A DNA stretch of 64,000 nt from Nageia nagi. Its lineage: Eukaryota; Plantae; Pinophyta. Of this stretch, positions 50,613-63,062 are shown one piece after another. A program made the position numbers and the translations under genes. The stretch covers positions 23,188,001 through 23,252,000 of the forward strand of contig JBITNC010000002.1 in NCBI GenBank assembly GCA_050084985.1, written 5' to 3'. Position 1 is the stretch's first letter; the number at the start of each line of letters is the position of its first letter. Below the pieces are notes generated by a model, which worked only from the letters and a program-made list of their open reading frames with translations, was not told where the DNA came from and did no database searches.

Positions 50613-50845
50613 TCGAAGTCATGCTCCTGCCCACTAATCACACGACTAAGGGTAAATCGCAAGTTCTTTGCCCGATGGGACTTTTTACATGAGGGTTTTT
50701 ATTCAAGCCCCACAAATTGGTCACAATATAGCCAAAATGCATTCAAACTGTAGCCACATAGTACCATTAAGGATCCATCAAGGGGATTTGAACTTGTGAC
50801 CTCCTCTCACCGATTTGAATCATTTTGCCACCACGGTGTCCCCAC
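50574..50845 (-). mobile_element. Putative tRNA-derived SINE
   Basis: GC-richer island; B-box-like GTTCAAATC on minus (50785-50793) near the 5' end; A-rich tail on minus. Confidence 0.5.
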
Positions 50846-53457
50846 CCATATATTTTTTTAGAAATCTATATTAAGTGGGCACATAACAAAACAAGGGACC
50901 AAAACTCTTTTATATTGCATTCATTATATTTTATATACTAAAAAGGAATCTCAAATAATAAATGAAAACTTAAGAAGATTTTTCTTATATGATAAATGAC
51001 TTTTATTATCTAATCCTTATGATTTGTCACCTCTTGTGAGGGGAGTAGGAGAAAAAATGGGTTTGAAAACTTTCAAGTTGGAAAAGAGAGACGCATATTT
51101 AATACTCTTCACTTTCATAGGTTGATGATACATCTCAAGTCTTGTCAAGTGTTCTTAGGTGAGTAGGCGTGGATAAGATCGAGTGTGACTCCCAGGTGAT
51201 TTTGAATGAAGAAAACTCTCAAACACAAAATCTAATTTTAAGAAATAAAGATGCAAAGATGGACTACCATTAAAAAAATATATTATAATTTAATTGAATG
51301 GATGCATTCAAAATACATCTTCTTTTTTAGATATGACATTTTCTCACATCTTAAATTATATTAATATAATTCTATTAGCATACTTAAATTAACAAATTCA
51401 CCTGAAAAACATATAAAATAGTTTTAAATATAATTTTAATATTAAAATTAAAAAAAAATTAATTAAAGTGATAATAATCAAAATGATAAACTTGCTCATA
51501 TAAAACATATTTGTAATGTGGGTAAGTTTTATTATGGAGGCGTAAGTTCAAACCCAAACACCTTCCATAATTTGATAGTTCCACATTACCTGTAAAGACT
51601 TGGATAACAAGAACAATGTTTAAACACCGAGAAAACCAAGAATTATAATAATGTGTTTGAATCCTAAACTAAATAACAGTAAGTAAATATAATACAAAAT
51701 CAAATTACTAAAATATGATTACAAATAATTGCTGCAAATAAATTCACTAATTCAACAAGCAATGGATATTTTAATCTTTAAAATAAACTTTCAAAATCAT
51801 CAAAGATTTTAATAAAGTTTCATCAAATACATTTTCTATTTAAAGAAAATCAAGATATCAAATATCTTATTTTTTATTTATTTATTTAAATTTGCATTAA
51901 GTTTTTCTTTTAGCAAAATTTTGGATTTTATTTTTTAAAATGGAATTTAAAGCTAATGTAATTATTAATTACAAATAAATTAAAAATTATTAAAAAAGTG
52001 AATTTAATTTTCTACTTATAATAATAAGAATACACATTATTGTTTTAGAACTATAATAATTATTATAAATAAAAAATCTTATACAAAATAAAAGAAAATA
52101 ATAAACTATACAATCTATGAATTAAATGGAATTATTAACATCCAAAGATATTCTATAATTACAAAAGATGGTAGAGAGTTTGTTTGTCAGTTGTGCATGA
52201 ATTTTAACAATAATTCAATAATCTTGTAGATGAGTTTTTAACAATAATTCAATAGTTGAAATTGATCTATAATTATAACTTTTATACATTGATTGTTGAA
52301 ATTAATCCATAACTTTTTTTCATTATATTTAATTGTTGTTTTGTAACATTTACTATATTTTTTTTATAAATAATATCTATGTAATATTTATTTAATAATA
52401 TTCATATAATATATAAAATTATTTAAGATAGACATGTCAAGATTGATATCTTTAGATGTTTTGAAGATACATATTTACGATATCTAAGCTAGTTAATATA
52501 ATTATGAAGATATCAATACAAATGAACATTACAATTGTAAATATGTGGAAGTGCAACATTTATGGAATTTGCTTGATCATTAGGGGAATGCTCCCTGTAC
52601 TCTCAGCCATATTTTGTTAGAGGTTGCTCCTCCATTGCCAAAGCAGTCTCGAAGTCGAGGAGGCCATGGTCATTGCCGCTCATGTAGTCGCATTCTTGGC
52701 CATCAACCATATAATGCACACAGCTCGGCTTCTTCACCGTAGCATCATTAGTCTCAGGCCTAACAAAATCTTTGCTGTATGCAAGAAGCAATTCTAGTTG
52801 ATAGGATGTTCGACCTTCGTATAAACAACAAATGAGATGTTCGACCCTCACGAGCTTCAAGGGAATGAGAAATGCTCTTCAAGGGAATGAGAAGCATGTA
52901 CGCATTGAATACTGTTAAATGCTTGCTGATTGATTGGTTGGACTTTGAGATGTGTTGGTGGTAATGGTTTCTCTTGACAACTATGTTTTTTTTAATCGTC
53001 GAATTTTTTTGTAATGATGAATATTTTGTATAGTCGATAGTATGTTATATGAGATGTGCAAAACCCACCCGTTCTTTTTGTATGAAGAAAATTTCTTAAT
53101 ATAATAAAAAGACTTTTTCCTTACCAAAAATGATAACATTAAAATACTAACCCATTACTTTTTCTAATTAAGAAACCTCGAAAGATGAATAATTCAAGAC
53201 GTTTTAAACGATATTTTTTATTCAAACTCTTGAATGAATCATGAATATATGTTAAGATGGGTAAATATTTAATGATAAGTATCATCTTTACAAAAAATCC
53301 TAAATGAAAGGAGACTCCTCACCTAGGTGAACACTCACTCCAGCTAAAAAAAACATCTGAATGGGAAATAACATGTTGATAAACATCTTTGAGAAAACTT
53401 TGGACCTTTCATTATGTTCATACAACCTCAAGAATGTAGAAATTTTGACTAGAAAAT

Positions 53458-53736
53458 ATGGCCATTCGCAGTATCCTCTGCGAACCGTCGCCATTCCTCT
53501 CACCCAATTCTCTGCCTTGCAATAAATATAAATATTACAGATCGAAATTGGATGTGAAGTGTTCCGGAGGGGCAAGAAAGCCAGCAGAGCGCATGGTTTC
53601 TGCACTCAGAAAGGCGCGAGGCGATCACTTTGCATTGAAATCCGTCGTTAGAAAGACTGCAACGTCCTCCAAGGCCGTACAACTAACTTGTCTGCAAGAC
53701 CTACTGCGCCAACATGATTGGGATTTAGCGCTGCCG
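53458..53736 (+). CDS. PPR-SMR exon 1 (93 codons, probable organellar transit peptide)
   Basis: Open frame from ATG; donor CCG|GTAAGG, phase 0, matches exon 2. Confidence 0.8.
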
Positions 53737-54193
53737 GTAAGGAAATATAGCTCGTTTTCGCTTCACAGCTTGGTTATGTTTTAAGATCAGGGAAAGGAAA
53801 CTGAATGCCCATAAAACCAACTACAGAAAAAAAAGCAGGTTTTATGTTTTGATAGGACTAGAAAACGATTTGGACTTGGCCCTTTAGAGGAAATGGAGCC
53901 CATAAGCCTTACCTGGGTACAGTCGAGCTTTATTTTACTCTGACTTGTTTTAACATATCAAACATTAGCTTGGGTAGGCAAACTTACATGCTGGCTTGCT
54001 GGGTTGTCGATTTTTCTCAAAATGCAAAGGTGAGATTATTGGGCTTCTACTTTTTTTGGGGTGGTTGGTAGTGATTTTTCCTTTCATTGGGTGTATTTTT
54101 TATTCTTCAGGATTTAATGCCTCCAGCAACCATTATGCATCCCCTGCTGGAGATTTCTCTCTTCAGAAGCTTGAACTGTGTCTACCCTAGGCA

Positions 54194-57098
54194 TGTTAAC
54201 AATCTTACCGTTATTAACTAGTGCCAGCTCAAAAACAAAGAATACAAGGTCTGTTTTGAAATTAAAGCCAAGGACACAAAAAAATAGAAAATAATTATGC
54301 GAGACAAAAAATATAAGAGAAGTTTATAAACTGGTATTACTTATGTAATCACCTTCTTTTCTTTTATAAAAAATACAAAATTTAATAATATATATTTTAA
54401 ATTTACATTCAGGTGTGCATGTGAATCATTCCGATACTCAGCTAAAAATAAGATCCTAAAAATTTTCATGCACATATACCATGCTGAGTTTTTGGCAACT
54501 ATCAGAAAACTCTCTTAATTCTAGTTTTTGTTAATATTCTAAAGTTGGCAGAGTAGTTACCACACACATGTTACGCTCTCCCAATTGGTGACTATTTTGG
54601 ACAAGGTGTCTACACCTACCTTGCCTCTACACCGAGCAAAGTTCCTTCCATCCAATGCCTTAGTCAAAGCATTAGCTGCATTATGTTGAGCATTCACTTT
54701 GAGTAAAATAATTTCCGACTCCATCACTTCTCTGATATAGTTGATTTCAGTCTGATATGCTTTTTTCTTGAATGGAACTTTGGATTCTTTGTCAAATCTA
54801 TTGTATTCTGACTATCACACCTTAAGATCATAGGCCCTTGTTTGAAGTCAATATCACTTTGTACCTGTTGTATCCAAAGCACTTACTTAGAAGCCTTTGC
54901 AGCAGCAATATTTTCTGCTTCCGTAGTGGACTGAGCAACCACTTGTTGCCTTCTCCATCTCAACTCCTTCAAACAAGGTAAAGATAAATGCACTTGTGGA
55001 CCTTCCTTGTCCACATCCCCACCAAAGTCGGAGTCAACAAATCCATGCATTTGAAGCTTGCTTCTTCCATCCTCATGATAGCAAATTGCATAATCCTTGG
55101 TGCATTGAAAGTATCCGAATATTGTCTTCACTGTCACCCAATATTGTTTATCTAGGTTGGCCATAAACCTACTTACAACTCCCACTATATGAGTTAAGTC
55201 TGGTATTGTACATGCCATTGTATGCATTAGCTTACAAACTGCACAAGCATATGACACTCTTGCCATTTCCTCTTTTTTCTTGCTCATTCTTTGGACACAT
55301 GTCCATAGACAACAATACTCCAATTTAAGATGGCGTAGTAATTGGAGTACACATATCCAACTTAAAGAGTTTAAGCATGTCTTCATTATATTTCCTTTGG
55401 CTAATCTACAACATTTTGTTCCTACGATCTCTTCTCTCCTCAATACATGAACAATAATGAAATGAACCAATATCTTTCATGTCAAACTCTCCTGATAATT
55501 CAAATTTAATTTTTTTGACATGTTCTTTGAAATCACTCATCAAGATAATATCATCAACATACAAATTCAAAATTATAAAGTGATTACCTTTTTTCTTATA
55601 GTAGTCACAATGATTTGCATCCCTTTTTGCAAATCCTTGTCCAACTACATATTTATCAAACCTTTGGTACCATTGTCTAGAGGATTTCTTGAGACTCTAC
55701 ATGGATCTCTCAATCTACATACTAGACCTTCTTTGTCCTTCACTTAAAACCCTTATGGTTGCTGCACGAAAATTTCTTTGCTAATCTCTTCATGAACAAA
55801 CGTTGTCTTCCCATTCATTTGCTCAATTCCCAATCATAACCTACTGCTTATGCTAGTAACAACCTGATTAAAGCCAACTTTGCCACCGGAGAAACAATCT
55901 CTTCAGGGTAGATAGTTATACCTTCAACTTGAGAGTATCTTTTAGCTATTATCCAAGCTTTATATCTCTTCACATAACCATCTTTTTTATACTGCTTAAA
56001 CACCCACTTGCAACCTATTTCTTTTCTACCTTAATGAAATTTCTGCAAATGTCAAGTTTGGTTCTGCACAATAAAATTCATTTCCTCTGCCATGGCCTTC
56101 TTCCATTTGATTACCTCTATCACTACTAAGAGCCTCCTTTACCATCCTAGGCTTTTCACAAGTAGAATTTAGACCAGAGTAATTAAAATCTGAAAGCATT
56201 CAACTGACTCACAATATTATTGAAAGAATCTAGGTGGTCTGCCACCTTATCACCATCTTTAATATGAAGAAAAAACGACTGCTCAAAAATATTATATTCA
56301 TGAGAGACTTGGATTCATACAGCTGCCCAAGATCTTCCCAAGACCTTTTAGCATTCTTCTCCCTTGAAACATTCATTAGCATAGAATGAGACAGGTTAAA
56401 ACCAATCAATGGTCTTATCATTCATCTTATCCCATTCCTTTTGCAATACATCATCAGATTTCTTTTCTGATGTGACAGCATTCTTTAAATACTTTTCAAT
56501 CAACAAATACTCCATCTTTGTCTTCCAGACACCAAAATTAGTGTCAGTGAATTTCTCAATCACAATAACATTTTTCAGCCTACCGCTGAAGCTGAGTTCC
56601 TTCCAACACTGCACAACAACAAACTTCACACCAGAAGCTCCTCAGATACAGTGCCAAAACACTAACCTTCTTATATTATAGCAATCCCAAGTTTCCTTTA
56701 CTTGACAGAAAAGGGATCCCCTTAATACCAACTAGCTCTGATGTCAATTGTTGTTGATAATGTGAAAAATCTACACATAAAAGTAAGAAATACTCTCAAA
56801 GAAAACAGAAATACTTATGCAAGAAGAAAGCACAAGAGAATTTCAAAAACCGGGGTCAATTATGTAATTACTTTACTTTCTTCTATAAAGAATAAAAGAA
56901 TTCAAGAATATACATTCTAAATTTATATTAAGGTGTGTATGTGAATCTTTCCCAAAAAATCATTTAAAATTAATAGTCTAAACATCTCACGCACATACGT
57001 ACATGTAGGTTTTTAGGCAACTACCAAGAAATTCTCCTAATTCTGATTTTTTGCTAATATTGTAAAATTGACTGAGTAGTTGCCCCACACACTTAACA
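54194..57098 (-). mobile_element. Old, internally deleted Ty1/Copia element in the PPR-SMR intron
   Basis: Two diverged LTRs (about 54194-54572 and 56749-57098) sharing GAGTAGTT.CC.CACAC ends; degenerate Met PBS near 56735; gag fragments (KFTDTNFGVWKTKMEYLL, WEDLGQLYESKS); RT/RNase H (PDLTHIVGVVSRFM, GFVDSDFGGD, VAQSTTEAE). Confidence 0.88.
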
Positions 57099-57715
57099 TA
57101 GTCATCTTAGCTTAGGCTAATATGGAATGACATGCTCGCTTAAAAATTTAATAAAATAGATGTGTGATTGCTTTGGATACTTTGCAACAGGACTATGTGA
57201 AAAATGAATATATTCAAGGTCGATATATATTCCTTACATTGAAAAGATTAAAATTGTCGTGGAAAAACTCCAGTGTGGAAGACAAGAAGAGTCAAAGGAA
57301 GGAAATAAATTTTTTGAACTAGCTCGAAATTCCTTGGAAAGACTTAAGACTTTAAACACATGTACGTGCAGGTTACCAAAATGCAAGAGAAAGCATAAAA
57401 TTGGAGGTATGATTTGTGTTGCATAACATGTGAAGAAGCCAATTACAGCTGCATTACAAATTTACAACTACATTGCAGTTCTAAAGCCATAAATGTTTTC
57501 ATGAAAACAGAATCCAGTAGTGAAAAATCAAAACACCTCACTCAGATATTAGGACATCCTTTTCCCAAATGACATTCATGATTCAACATTAGAAGAACGC
57601 AAAGCTTCCTTTTGCCAAATTTATATCTCAAAATTGGCCTTTCATTATTTTGTATAGCATGTAATCTATAAGAAAGGAAGCATATGAATTAAAATTTCTT
57701 CTTTTTGCAATGCAG

Positions 57716-58763
57716 ATTTACAAAACAATCACTCAAGCTTATTGGTACGAGTGGAATGCAAAATTGCATGCAAACCTAATTGTATTGCTTGAAAAATATG
57801 AACAGTGGGATGAGGCACAATCTAGTTTGGAGCTAACCCAAAATTTGAGCCCTGCAGATAAGGTTAGATTCTCTTGTGCTATGATAGAGTGTTATTCAAA
57901 ATTTGGGTTAAAAGATCAGGTTGCTTTCATGCGTATGATGTTTTTGAAGAGCTTCCTCATAAATTGTTGATGTAATTGGGTACAAGTCACTGATCACTGC
58001 GCTAGCTATTATGAATTTTCTCATGAAGCAGAGGAGCATTAAAGCAAATGAAGGGCTCTGGGTATAAGCCTTCTGCAGATGAGTTTAAAAGCATACTTTA
58101 TTCTTATGGAAGATGTGGGCATTTTCAAGGGAAATGGAGAGAATTTGATTATTAGAGGGTTGTGGATATTCCTGACACAGCAACATAAACATGGTTCTGA
58201 ATCTTATGGATCTTTCAGGATTATGGAAATATACGAGATGGCTCAAGAAATGCAGGTTAAAAAGATTGGTTTGTCAACGAGGACTTACAATGCAGTTGCA
58301 AATCTTGCCCAACACTCGTATCCTTTGCACTTCTTCATGAGATAATCCTTTGTCACTGAGCCTGTTGAATGTGATGGCAAACAGGGGTAACATTTCCGAA
58401 GAGTTATTATTGGTTGAAGAACTCTTGGGTCTAGGACTGCTTCCGGAGATCACATACTGGTCTAGTAAGCAGTGGGCATTAGACTTGCATGGATTAGTTC
58501 CAAGTGCTGCCTATGCGATGCTTTTGGTTTGGCTGGAGGAGGTAAAATCCAAAATTGAATGCGAAACAGAGCTTCCATCTGAAATATTTGTGGTCTGTGG
58601 ATTGGGAAAACAAAGTCCTACAAGGGGACACTCTTCTGTAAAGAATCTGATGTCGGAAATGATGTTTAAAATGAAGAGTCCTTTCAAGTTGGATAGATTA
58701 AATAAAGGGAGGTTTCTTGCCAGGGGTAACACTGTTAAAGCTTGGTTGTCTCAAGTAATTTAA
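57716..58763 (+). CDS. PPR-SMR exon 2 (PPR repeats and SMR domain), many indels at about 57920-58370
   Basis: Acceptor TGCAG|ATT; clean frame before 57920 and after 58370. Confidence 0.8.
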
Positions 58764-60414
58764 GTGAATATTGAATTCCTAAATATTATGAGGTGTTAAT
58801 TTTTAATTTATTCCATACCGAGTTCATGTTCATTCTCTTGAAGCACTCGATCAACTTTGAAGTTAAAGGTTCTGATCAAATGGATGCAACTGTTATATGT
58901 GCTTATAACTCGGTGTCACTGATTTCATAAGATATGTGTGGATGTGCAGTGACAGGGATCACAAGAAGTGATGATAAACATTTTCAGAACTCATCAAGAT
59001 CTTTTCAATTTTTCTAAAAACTTTCTTGGAGTTATGCATCAACCCATTTCAAGAACTTTCAGTAAATACCTTTTCTCATCTGAATTTACCTAAGACATGT
59101 AACCGTCAAGGATAATTTCGGTATTTACTTACTGAATAAACTATGGTAGAGATGGGATACAGTAAAACTGTTTGATAATTCATGATTTAGCATCACATAT
59201 ACCATAAAATTCTGTGCATAATCAAAGTTCAGATAATGTAACAGGAAACATGAGAAACTATTATCTGGTTTCTTAAATAAATCATTTGCAAGGATTTTTA
59301 CCGTCCCAACTCAAAGAGCATTCAAATCTGTTGATAGATGTGAAAATAATTCCATTATGAAAAGGCTTTCCATAAGTGATACATGCAGTATGGACAAAAC
59401 AAAATAAACTGATTGGTCCACTACAAGAAATAGTGAGGTCTATGAATAAGATTTAAATATAATTAGAGAATGTTTTATGAAAGCAAATAAGATTTATTTC
59501 ATGTTAGTTCATTGCCCACCTCCAAAAACCTAGCCAAGTGACTGAAGCATGGACTGTCCAATTCATGATCTGTAATTGGGCTCTCCAATGATATGTAACT
59601 GCACAACAAGAAGTTATAATTTATTCCTGAAATGAGGATAGCTCAACTCTCAAATGGAAGTAAAGATTGGAATGAATTATCCAATAACTCCAAGATGGAA
59701 ATCCTAAGAAAAGATGAAAGGATATGCAAGCACTAAATAGTACATGGTGTATTGGCATTATGGTAATGGGGATAGAGATGAAAGGGGACATATGAGTATC
59801 TGGAATAGCAAGGTATGAGAGTGCATTTTACAAAAAGAAACATATATAGAAAGTATGAAAAAGAAAAAAAAAATTATATATTTAAATATAAATACATAAT
59901 AAGAATTGAAAACATAAAATCAGAAATTAATTATATATTATCTTCAAAGATGATGTAATATATATATTAATAAAATATAGAAGATTGTTGTTTCGTTGTT
60001 TAACACTAAATTAAACATTTATAGACTTTTAAAAGGTTTGTATTCATAATACAAAAGAGCTTAATTATCTTCATCCAATTCCCTCTACATTATCATAAGT
60101 TGCATTTTGTTTGGGTTTTAAAATCTCTTTCATGATTTGTATAAGGTGCAATTTATAGATGAATATTTTTCAATCATGATCCATAAATTTAAAATAAATA
60201 GATAGATAAATCTTTTAACGCCCTTTTAAATTTATTGGTTTGTAATATCTATCTAAGTTTGTTCATGAATAAAATTAAATCAATTAAGTATTTGAATGTT
60301 CGATTCTCACATAATTAAGTACAATAACATCATGATTCATGAGACATCTTTTGCCATTGTTACTTATCCTTTTGATTTGGGTAATTACTATAGTCGTGAA
60401 TTTTGTTAGCTAAC

Positions 60415-61015
60415 TGTTAGAACTTATGATGCATTATTGTGTAAATAATTTAAGTATATTGTTCCTAATTAATTAAAAACAAATGAACATATACAATACC
60501 TAAGAAGGAAAATATTTGTAATATGGAAAAATCCATTTATTATGTGGATTATCCATGTATGCAAATGTGGAGCTCCATTTATTTTATATCAAGGGTATAT
60601 CCACATAAGCATGTAGTCTCACATACTTCAAATATAAGTATGAGCATATGTAATAGGTATGGGTAAAAAGCCTTCCACCTACCATTCTCATCTAATGTGA
60701 GAATGTGGATATCCTACGAACGTTGGTATTCTTCTTTGTGTAAAAGGGTGAACCAAAGTAGGATTTGAGCCTATAAAAGGAAGGTTAGGCTTGTTTTAAT
60801 ATACACACATTTGTAGTAGTATTATAATGCTATTAGTTTATTTAGAGATCTAGGTTGTAAGAGAGATCTTGTCTTGAGAAGTAATAGATTTGGATTCAAG
60901 TGGATGTTCTCTCTTAGAGAGAAATCACTATACTTCTTATGTGTCACTTTGTGAGATTGCTTATTGTTATTTCGAGAGTTATTTGAATGTTAATTCCTTC
61001 ATGTTGTATCAGAGC
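60415..61015 (+). mobile_element. 5' LTR (60415-61001) and PBS of an LTR retrotransposon
   Basis: TGTTAG...TTCA, CTATAAAAGG inside, followed by TTGTATCAGAGC (one mismatch to the tRNA-Met PBS TGGTATCAGAGC). Confidence 0.75.
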
Positions 61016-61321
61016 CTCCTTGTGGTCATCTCCTTCAAATTCTAGCTCCATCATCTTGAGGTAAGTCTCCTCAAATTAAGAAATATCTAAACTTTCACCT
61101 TGTTTCAATTTTATTTTAGAATTAGATATGATATTTTCATGATTAAATTAGAACGTCTAATTTTTTCCATAGTTAGATCTAATTTTTTATCTTAATGTCA
61201 TCTTGAGTTACATTTTTTTTTTTTTCGCAAAATATCCTTCTTTACAAAATTTGAGTAGATTTTGTAAATCTTAAAAAAAGGGGCTTACAAATTTATTAAT
61301 GTGTTATAAAAGCATGCATAT

Positions 61322-61532
61322 TATATTGTAAAAACAAAAAACTTCATGTATATATTTCAACATTTTTTTTTAATGCAATCACATAATAATTTAGACGTTA
61401 AAGATTTTAATCTTCAACTTAGGCTTATAGTTTTGAAGCCTAAGTTGAAGATTAAAATCTTTAACGTCTAAATTATTATGTGATTGCATTAAAAAAAAAT
61501 GTTGAAATATATACATGAAGTTTTTTGTTTTT

Positions 61533-61540
<8 letters not shown>
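61322..61540. repeat. Perfect inverted repeat, 105-bp arms and 9-nt loop
   Basis: 61322-61426 is the reverse complement of 61436-61540, including homopolymer lengths. Confidence 0.95.

Positions 61541-61591
<51 letters not shown>
61536..61591. repeat. (TA)n microsatellite
   Basis: Direct read. Confidence 0.97.
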
Positions 61592-61593
<2 letters not shown>

Positions 61594-62723
61594 GTTTAAA
61601 AAAATTAAAAAAGGGGTCATGTGGGCCGCCCAAAGGGGGTTGTGCAGGCTACTTAAAGGGCGTCGTGTAAGCTGTCTTCCCCAAGGGGGAGTGAAAACCC
61701 CAATAGGGTTGCAACCTCTCCTGTGGGGGGCGTGAGCCACCAAGGGGCTATGAACCCACCCTAATGAAGGATTTGAGCTAGATCTAAACAAATCCTCTAG
61801 GACCTTAGACTAGGAAACTCATGTGTACACAAGATAACACATCAATATAATGTGGTTCCTCCCTCCTTGGGAGTACATCCACAACTAGTTCTCTTATTCT
61901 CAAATCTATGTCTCTCTTACAACTATTCTCTAGCTCTCTCTTACACAACCAAGTAGAGTAATTTTACTCAAAACTTAGATATGTTTACAAGAGGAGAGGC
62001 CCTCTATTTATAGGTTGAGAGCACCTCCCTAACCTTCCTTTAACCCAAGGGTAAGGTTAGGGTTACATTAAATGTACCACCAAACTTCAACCTACCAACT
62101 AACTCCTTTGGTAAAGTCAAAGTCTACATATTAAAGAATTCTATTAATCACTTAAGGTATCTACATACCCTTAAGTGATTAATTGAATTTACAAGGAGTC
62201 TAGATATTCACAATATTTCATTACAAATTCTAACACTCCCCCTTAATGCAATATTGGGATAGAGCGTAGAAGAGAGAAGAGAGAGAGTAAGAGAGAGTTC
62301 TCCTCCATAGAGATACAAGTGGAGATGAGAACTTTTACATATTTTGAGAATCTTTTTGAGAACTAGTATGAGACTCACTACATTACCATTTGATAAAAAA
62401 TGGTTTACAATACAATCATTAACCACAACTGGTTTCACTGTACATAGTAGTCGATCAACTTTAAGCTGACATGTGAGTCTCCATGAGCTTGCTTTCACAA
62501 GGTGAGTAACCTGCATTTCTAAAGAAGATCCTGCATGCTACAAGCAACTCATGAACAAAATCAGTTAGATGCATCATATATTCAAATAAGAGAATTAAAT
62601 AATGCCATCTTATAAATAACTGATCAATGGTGCACTATAAGCCATCACGGAGATGCCAAGCCATTATTCATAGTCACCTGTTGTATATAGACATGTGTTG
62701 ATTTTAAATAGAGCATAAAAAAT

Positions 62724-63017
62724 TGTACAACGAGTTTCTCACGCAGAGCAAACTCACCACGGAGGTATAGAATGTACAACAAGTTCGTCACGTAGAGCGA
62801 ACTTACCACGGAGGTGTATTAATTATATGCTCAAAATTTGTACAATAAGTTTCTCACGCAGAGCAAACTCACCACGGAGGTATAAAATGTACAACAAGTT
62901 TGTCACGCAGAGCAAACTTACCACTGAGGTATAAAATAATCAACACTCTATAACAACAATTGTACAACAAGTTTGTCACGCAGAGCAAACTTACCACGGA
63001 GGTCTAGAATGTACAAT
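62724..63017. repeat. Five copies plus a partial of an about 49-bp unit in the Copia 3' UTR
   Basis: TGTACAAC.AGTTT.TCACGCAGAGCAAACT.ACCACGGAGGT at about 62724, 62773, 62840, 62888 and 62961. Confidence 0.92.
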
Positions 63018-63062
63018 CAAAAAAGGCCTCTAAGAGGTGAAGTTGTCATCACTAACAAAAGT

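Larger units (their letters stand above)
53458..58763 (+). pseudogene. PPR-SMR protein gene (At2g17033-like), exons 53458-53736 and 57716-58763; frameshifted as assembled
   Basis: Transit-peptide-like start; LALP|IYKTITQAYWYEWNAKL joined by GT-AG; PPR fragments GYKSLITAL, KPSADEFKSILYSYGR, RTYNAV; SMR domain LDLHG..EIFVVCGLGKQS..RGHSSVK..SPFKLDRLNKGRFLARGNTVKAWL. Confidence 0.88.

Noticed and set aside
50770-50845. tRNA gene
   Set aside because: B-box-like motif only, no cloverleaf; treated as a SINE head.
61391-61791. ORFs with YIYIYI runs
   Set aside because: Translation of the (TA)n microsatellite.
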